Assembly: GCF_001194135.2 (NCBI RefSeq)
Contig: NC_068981.1
Coordinates: forward strand, 128,320,049-128,360,279
Length of the DNA: 40,231 nucleotides
Direction: 5' to 3'
Origin: Octopus bimaculoides
Taxonomy: Eukaryota
The notes beneath the pieces were generated by a model, which worked only from the letters and a program-made list of their open reading frames with translations, did no database searches and was not told where the DNA came from. The translations under genes were made by a program, and so were the position numbers. Below, one piece after another: positions 33,681-40,231 of the stretch (positions are counted from its first letter, which is position 1; each line of letters starts with the position of its first letter).

Positions 33681-34169
33681 TACGTTAAATGTTATTTTTA
33701 TGCTAATCTGTAACGGCGATCCATATTGGAAAAGCATTTGTCAGTTTGAGACAAACTCATTGCAGTAATGTTCTATTTCTGGTCGTTGTTTTATTGTAGA
33801 GACAGAAGAGATAAACAAGATCTTAAGGCTAAACGACCGCAGCATTGTAACATTATGATTTAGAATGTAAAGACCATGTTATTAACGATACCTTTTGAAG
33901 CATTTAAATTTTCATCTTTTTTTTTTTATGATTACGCGGTAAAAATATTAAGCAAATAAAACGTTTATTCTAAGGTAACTGCATAATGTGAGAAGATTAG
34001 AGAAATAATGAAACATTTTTGAATATCATATTTTGGTTGCCGAGTTAATATTGAGGCAAGATTGAAAACGATGTATATAATTCATTCACCGGCCATCTTT
34101 GTCAAAACGTTTACCCATTTATCGTAGTTGTTTGTTGGTAAACGTATTCACATGGATAACATAAAACTG

Positions 34170-34224
<55 letters not shown>

Positions 34225-34679
34225 GCGGGAACGGGTGCGCGCGAGCGTGTTTGTGCGAGAGGGGGAGAGAGAGAGAGAGACAGAGAGTGTGTGTGTGNNN
34301 NNNNNNNNNNNNNNNNNNNNNNNNNNNNNNNNNNNNNNNNNNNNNNNNNNNNNNNNNNNNNNNNNNNNNNNNNNNNNNNNNNNNNNNNNNNNNNNNNNNN
34401 NNNNNNNNNNNNNNNNNNNNNNNNNNNNNNNNNNNNNNNNNNNNNNNNNNNNNNNNNNNNNNNNNNNNNNNNNNNNNNNNNNNNNNNNNNNNNNNNNNNN
34501 NNNNNNNNNNNNNNNNNNNNNNNNNNNNNNNNNNNNNNNNNNNNNNNNNNGGTGTGATCTAACAACAGTTAGTGTTAGCTTGCAGTGAAGGTGATAAAAA
34601 CATTTGCTAACGTCCATTCTTTTAAATTTACATATTTAAATGTAAACTAATATTGGTTAGAAATTTTGACACGAGAGAG

Positions 34680-34853
34680 GTGTTTAATCGATTTCATCGA
34701 CATCAGTACTCAACTGGTGCTTGTTTTATCGACATCGAAAGGATGAACGGCTAAGTCGATGTCGGCAGGATTTGAACTCAGAACGTAAAGACGGACGAAA
34801 TACCGCTTAACATTTTGCCCGGTGCGGTGTTGATTCTGCCAGCTCGCCGCCTT
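34680..34853 (-). mobile_element. SINE family A
   Basis: ...GGATTTGAACTCAGAACGTAAAGACGGACGAAATACC...GATTCTGCCAGCTCGCCGCCTT. Confidence 0.92.
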
Positions 34854-34863
34854 AATGTAAATT

Positions 34864-34985
34864 AATATTGATTTCAAAGTTTGGCACAAGGCCAGCAATT
34901 TATCTTTCATCCTTTCTGGGTCGATGTAATCGACTTACTACTGGTCCCGAAATTGCTAGTTTTGTGCCAATATTTGAAACCAATC
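34864..34985. mobile_element. Headless SINE family A fragment with inverted tails
   Basis: TTTCAAAGTTTGGCACAAGGCCAGCAATTT ... GAAATTGCTAGTTTTGTGCCAATATTTGAAA flank a TTTCATCCTTTC.GGGTCGAT core piece. Confidence 0.7.
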
Positions 34986-35524
34986 TTAAAGGAAGGATCG
35001 ACCGTAAAATACATGGTTTCTTTGCAACCCTAACCTGTAATGTTTTGCAAGTTCAAGGTTTGTAAGGCAGCCACTATAATTTACATAATGTGTGTATGAG
35101 TGAAATACCAAGTGCATGATGATGTTCTAAGAAAGAAAATCAACCGTTATTATATGATTTTATTATTCAACACAATTTACCAACAAAGTTGTCAGAATTT
35201 GTCGCGGGATTTTTCTTCCGCCGCTTTTTCGTTTCTTGTTTTTCTTTATCTTTTCGTGCTCTCTTGGGAAGTAAATTTTCTATCAACAGCAACTAGATTT
35301 AGTTTGCCTGCTGGATCTACCTAATTTTTAATCATAGCCACAGGACGCAATCTTTCCGGTCTTACTTTTGACTGTAGAAATATCTTTAACCGCTTTGCTC
35401 GAGATATTATTTATTAAGTCGTCGCATATTTGGTAGGATAAATTTGATAAATTTGATAAAGTTGATAAATTTGTGCAAATCTATATTAAAAACGTGCTGT
35501 CGCTTGTATATTTTTCATTTAGAT

Positions 35525-36091
35525 CAGAAGTTTTCAACCATTTTTTATCTATGGACCCCTTTGATTACTATTCTATTCTGGTGGACCCCCATAAACATTC
35601 TATGTTTACAAACTAGAAACTTCTTTCAAAATTCCTATTTTGTTTTTCACACATTAACTTGTGTAGGTTGAACTACGTAAAATGTTAGAGAAAGAAACCA
35701 AGCTGTTTCCTGCAATACATACCAATACATACATCTAAAGCAGAGGTTCTAGACCATTTTTTTTTATCTATGGACGCCTTTGATTACTATTCTAGTCTGG
35801 TGGACCTCCATAGCCATTCGATATCTAAAAACTAGTTTAATAGAAACTTCTTTTAAAATTTCAATTGTTTTTCACACATTAACTTGTGTAGGTTGAACTA
35901 TGTAAAATGTTAGAGAAAAAAAAACTGACTGTTTCTTGCAATAAATACAAATACATACACCTTCTGCAAAGTTTTTTCAGAGGCCAACAAATTATTATTG
36001 TCGATCCCCAATTTACTATTTTGTTGTGTGGACTCCCAAAAGTCTTATATGAACCTTCAGGGGCCATATGGACCCCGGTTGAGAACCATTG
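35525..36091. mobile_element. hAT (Buster/Charlie-like) MITE composite with two left ends
   Basis: Ends CAGAAGTTTTCAACC / GGTTGAGAACCATTG; perfect 8-bp TSD ATTTAGAT at 35517-24 and 36092-99; second left end CAGAGGTTCTAGACC at 35741. Confidence 0.9.
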
Positions 36092-36557
36092 ATTTAGATG
36101 GTTAGTCTACGTCAAAGAAACGGCAGAGGTTTATCTCAAAAATTTCTAATACCAAAAGTTGACCAATCAAAGAATTAATACCAATATTATCAGTGTTCTT
36201 TATATTCATTCTCTTTGTTGATCGCCTTTAGAAGCAATGTCTCCAGCCTTGAATAAACATTGCATTTCACATGATCAAAGAGCGTTGATCAATTGGAAAG
36301 GTTATCTTATCTGCGACCTCAAAATACACATTTTCTACCTGTCGACCGTTTCAATTTTTCTGCGAGATCTCCTGATTCCATGGTAATACAGGTTTTGAGT
36401 CGAAATGATATATTAAATGAACTTTCATTCCTCATATCTTTCAAAGCTTTTTTAGTAATTTCAACCAAGTTGATTCTCCTTTTATTTCAATACTGATTTC
36501 CGCTCTTTTATTTAATTCTTTGTTGGATGTATGCATAAGTTTCAATGAAATAAAGTA

Positions 36558-37837
36558 CCGGGTCATTAAGAATGAAATGTTCGATTTTCTTATGCACCAA
36601 GTTTGACAGTCGTTAACTCTAATGTCTTGTTCTGACAATTCTTTGTTTTACAGCATTGAAGAGTTACATTATCACTTTTCGAATCGCAATTTATGGTGTC
36701 TGGTTATATTTTGAATTTTCTCTTGTAAATCAATTTTTGTGAACCCATGGATAGGTAAAAAATTCGTGTTGTTTATGAATATGAGTTCCGTCGTGGAACC
36801 AATGCATCCCAGACAGCTCGAAACATCAATGAGGTGTTTGGTGAAGATGTGGCGAATGAGAACATTATACCTCGATAGTTTGAGAAGCTCCAGTCTGGTG
36901 ACTTTATTCTTGAAAATCAGCCCCGTGGTAGACCTGAGACCAAGGTGGATAATGATGAGCTGGAAACTAGTGGTGGCTGGTACATCTCAAACTACGCGTG
37001 AGTTAGCAGCAACGTTTGATGTTTCGATTCCAATTGTATTGGAACATCTGAAACAAATCGGCAAGGTAAAGAAGCTGAACAAGTCGGTACCACACGAACT
37101 GAACGGGCATCAAATGACACCTCGTCTTGAAACTTGCTGTTCTTTGCTGTCACAGCATAAAAGCGAACCATTTTTGCATCGTATTGTTATGTGTATTGAG
37201 AAATGTATTCTTTTCAACAATAGCAAGCATTCTGTACGGTGGTTGGATAGATACGAAGTGCCGAAACACAATTCAAAAAAGAATATTCACCAAAATAAGC
37301 TAATGGTGTTTGTTTGATGGTCCAGCGCTGGTGTCATCCACTACAGCTTCATGAGACCTAACTCACGCGTAGTTTGAGATGTATCAACCTCCACTAGTTT
37401 CCAGCAGCGAATGTATACATCAACCAATTGGATGAAATGATGTGTGAACTTGCAATTAAACAACTGAGATAGGTCAATAGAGACAGGCCAATTCTCTTGC
37501 AAGAAAATGTTCGACCACATGTTGCACAAAGAACGCTACTCGAGTTACAGGAACTGAACTTGTAAGTACTCTGTCATCCACCATAATCACCAGACCTTGA
37601 ACCAATTATCACGTTTTTCAGGCATCAGACAACCTTTTGCTAGGAAAAGCTTCAAATCTGAAGATGAAAAAACAACCTTTCGGGATTTTGCTGCTGGCAT
37701 AGATAAGCTACCGATAAAATGGCAAAATCGTGTTGATAATTTAGGTGCACACTTTGATTAACTGCATCGCTTTTTGATGGGATAAAGTAAAATAAACTTT
37801 CAGTTCTAAATCGGACATTTCATTCTTAAAAACCTAT
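36558..37837 (+). mobile_element. Full-length decayed mariner (cecropia/Hsmar1-like), 1280 bp
   Basis: TA flanks on both sides; TIRs share TTAAGAATGAAATGT.CGATTT; pseudogene reads MDR*KIRVVYEYEFRRGTNASQTARNINEVFG ... KKLNKSVPHELN ... EPFLHRIV ... HPP*SPDL. Confidence 0.95.
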
Positions 37838-38344
37838 TATATCGTACACCAAGAATAAAACAATGGGTCGTGCACTAGTGCGTTACTAAAGCCTTCGGTT
37901 CAACTTAATTCAAATGCTCGGGCATTCAAGACCGTTTTCCATACATGTTACTCACTTCATAATGGTATACTTTTCAACAATTGTATAAGCGTAACTGCAG
38001 TCATGTGAGCACTTATATGATAACTGAAAACAGTTTAAGAGTTTATGCCTAGTAATAATGCCCAAACATTCTTCATTGGCTATCTATCGTTTGTCAACCC
38101 AGTGCCTGTTTCACCGTGTAAATCTCTCTAATCTGACAGAACAGAATTCATTTTGTAAGCACTGGCTTAGGTATTTATTTGAATCAACTGTATTAAACCA
38201 CCCTCGAAGATTGGAATCATCTTTCCCACTCACTTTATACTATTTTGTACTAAGCCATACAAATTAGATTATTGTTCGGCAAAGGGCGTGCAAATCCTTT
38301 GTATATTTTTTCTTGCAGTTTCATCTAACAATTCTTTAACAGTA

Positions 38345-38470
38345 TTCTAACCGAGTGGTTAGGTTGTTCTACTCACGATCATGAGTTCAGTTGCCGAATT
38401 TGGCAATGCTTTGTGTCCTTAGTCAAGGCACTTCATTTGATATTGCTCAAGTCCAGTCAGATAAAAATCC
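38345..38470 (+). mobile_element. Old CORE-like tRNA SINE head (family D)
   Basis: AACCGAGTGGTTAGG A-box region and TTGTGTCCTTAGTCAAGGCACTTCATTT...TTGCTC.AGTCCA.TCAG core. Confidence 0.6.
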
Positions 38471-38719
38471 CTCGCGTCTGCTGTATAGTAGCATTCGCAA
38501 ATACTAATGTCAACAGCTCTTGATGGTTACAGATGATGATGATGATGATGATGCTTACATTTAAGCATCGGCACTTCCAATTCATTAGCTGCACGCTGGC
38601 ATGCAGAAAGTCTAAATTCCTCAAAAATGTCACAAGTTGGTTTGGGTTTTTTTTTCCAATTCCCAAACCCTGCTGTTAAAAAAGTTTTTTTTTCTTTACC
38701 TTTGACGTGTTGTATTATA

Positions 38720-38866
38720 CGAGAAGGTGCTGAAAAGTTTCTGGCTTGGGGTAAAAGAAAATACAGGAGGGTTAGTTAATTATAATTTCATCCAATATAT
38801 TCTCCTCTCAGATTCATGCACTCATTGCAGCAGTTCTTAAAGCGAGGAACTTTTCAGCACCCCTCG
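38720..38866. mobile_element. ~147-bp mariner-type MITE
   Basis: TA|CGAGAAGGTGCTGAAAAGTTTC ... GGAACTTTTCAGCACCCCTCG|TTA. Confidence 0.88.
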
Positions 38867-39469
38867 TTAAAAAAAAAATATGTACGATAATAGACTTGGT
38901 CATAATGGAAAGTAGTGAACCAAACTGATTGAAAAGAACGTTTCTGGCTGTCTTGTGTCTGCTTCAGAAAATTTAAACGCATCGGTTGATTTGGTTAAAC
39001 AATAGAAACCTGGAAGCAGTTTCGTTGGCTGATTGTAACGATGCTTATAATGAAATTGAAACTTCTGCAACAGAAATGACTTTACAAGAAGCCTCAAGTT
39101 GCACTTGCAATTATGTAGCATGGTTGTTTTCAGCAGCCGATTATTAGAAATCATTACAATTAAGCAGTTTTGTTAAAGAAAAAAATTAACATAGTTTGTT
39201 GCTTGCTATCTTTGAACATGCTTCAAATTATTTAATAATCTAATTAAACATGGGTTTTTAAACAAAACATGCGCTTTCTCAGCATACATTTAGCATCTTA
39301 ATTATACTAGCCTGGGGAATTAAAAATATAAACACAATCAGATCTATAATATAGATATAATAGTTAAGTTACTGATCATTATTTACAGTTGACGGATATT
39401 TGTCCTCATCTTGTTACGTTTATATATTCGTTTTGCAAGATTCTTGATGTGAAATCGTGTGTTGAAACA

Positions 39470-39665
39470 GATATTGTTGTATTTGGGGATGGTCATGTTG
39501 CCAGTTTAGCCAATAAAAACACACGCACTATATATTTGGTGTTAATTTGCTTAAGTTTTATTTTATTTTTTACATTAATCGTATTTCGGCCAGAGTTCTT
39601 TCGTCACACTTCTGTGACCTCATCAGTGGTCCTTTGCTTTCTTCTTTCTTATTTGTGTGTCTTGA
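39470..39665 (-). mobile_element. Hammerhead-bearing repeat family Y, copy 2
   Basis: Collinear with 1712-1900. Confidence 0.85.
39588..39632 (-). ncRNA. Type I hammerhead-like motif (CUGAUGA-N variant), copy 2
   Basis: GGACCA CUGAUGA G GUCACA gaag UGUGAC GAAA GAAC UC UGGCC; differs from copy 1 only in loop II. Confidence 0.6.
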
Positions 39666-39983
39666 CACACAAATAAGAAAGAAGGAGTACACTGGCTGTC
39701 ATATTCTCTCTCGCTATTTGATTCTTTGCTTTGTTGATTGAACCGCTCTATAATCTGTCAGAATCGTATTTTACATTCTGTTACAGTTTGATGTAACACG
39801 TGGAAGCTTACTGAGATTAATTTTGAAAGGATAACTTTTCAAGCTTCTGATCGCAACGTGTATATTCTCGGACGTGTATATATCATAATGCCATTGTCAA
39901 ATCACTGAATGAACTATTTTAAATCACGAAAGCATCCTCTTCTTTTTTTTATTAAAAAAATTCAAGTCCGGAAGTGTTAATTC

Positions 39984-40231
39984 ATAAACTAATTATAAAA
40001 CATTTGTTTTTTGTTTAGTAAAACAGAAGAATTCAAATAAACTAGTGATGTTCAAGGATGTATGTAAGTATGTATGTATGTATGTATGTATGTATGTATA
40101 CACACACGCACTCACACACACACATGCATATACATGTATAAATACATACATCCTTGAACATTACTAGTTTATTTGATTTTCTTCTTTTGTTTTACTAAAC
40201 AAGAAACAAGTTTGTTTTATAACTAGTTCAT
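39984..40231. repeat. Fold-back with ~85-bp arms and a microsatellite spacer; may extend past the window end
   Basis: TTATAAAACA...TTTAGTAAAACA...TCAAATAAACTAGTGATGTTCAAGGATGTATGTA is mirrored at 40143-40231. Confidence 0.85.

Noticed and set aside
1787-34617. Long ORFs in the track that span N-runs or microsatellites (poly-X, YIYI, CVCV, HTHT, RERE)
   Set aside because: Artefacts of gaps and of simple repeats that lack stop codons.
1-40231. CRISPR arrays, operons, rRNA or prokaryotic defence systems
   Set aside because: No repeat-spacer periodicity, no gene-dense coding sequence and no rRNA motifs; the DNA is eukaryotic and repeat-rich.

Overview
AT-rich, microsatellite-dense animal DNA with 13 N-gaps (about 4 kb). 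The SINE types and repeat landscape point to a mollusc, most likely an octopus (inference). Almost all identifiable sequence is decayed mobile DNA: about 20 tRNA-derived SINE copies from at least four families, R4/Dong-type RLE non-LTR fragments, a Tx1/L1 3' fragment, a CR1/L2/Jockey-group RT fragment, three mariner remnants plus mariner and hAT MITEs, and two non-autonomous Helitrons. No intact gene is present. The only host-gene candidate is a CpG-rich minus-strand exon (12036-11939) encoding a signal-peptide-like stretch and ending in a perfect AAG|GTAAGT donor. The most striking signal is a set of type I hammerhead-ribozyme motifs with palindromic helix III, the type known from Penelope-like elements and retrozymes: 1143-1229, 1827-1871, 23561-23651, 24161-24203 and 39588-39632, plus decayed relatives. 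Two unrelated fold-back elements (948-1318 and 23879-24284) share one architecture: the inversion breakpoint falls inside loop II of a hammerhead, so the left arm is an antisense copy of the ribozyme's 3' half. Other points of note are a SINE sharing its 3' tail with the Tx1-like LINE, R4/Dong junctions at (TACA)n, and a templated inversion inside a mariner. All ribozyme calls are by-eye folds and have not been tested for activity.
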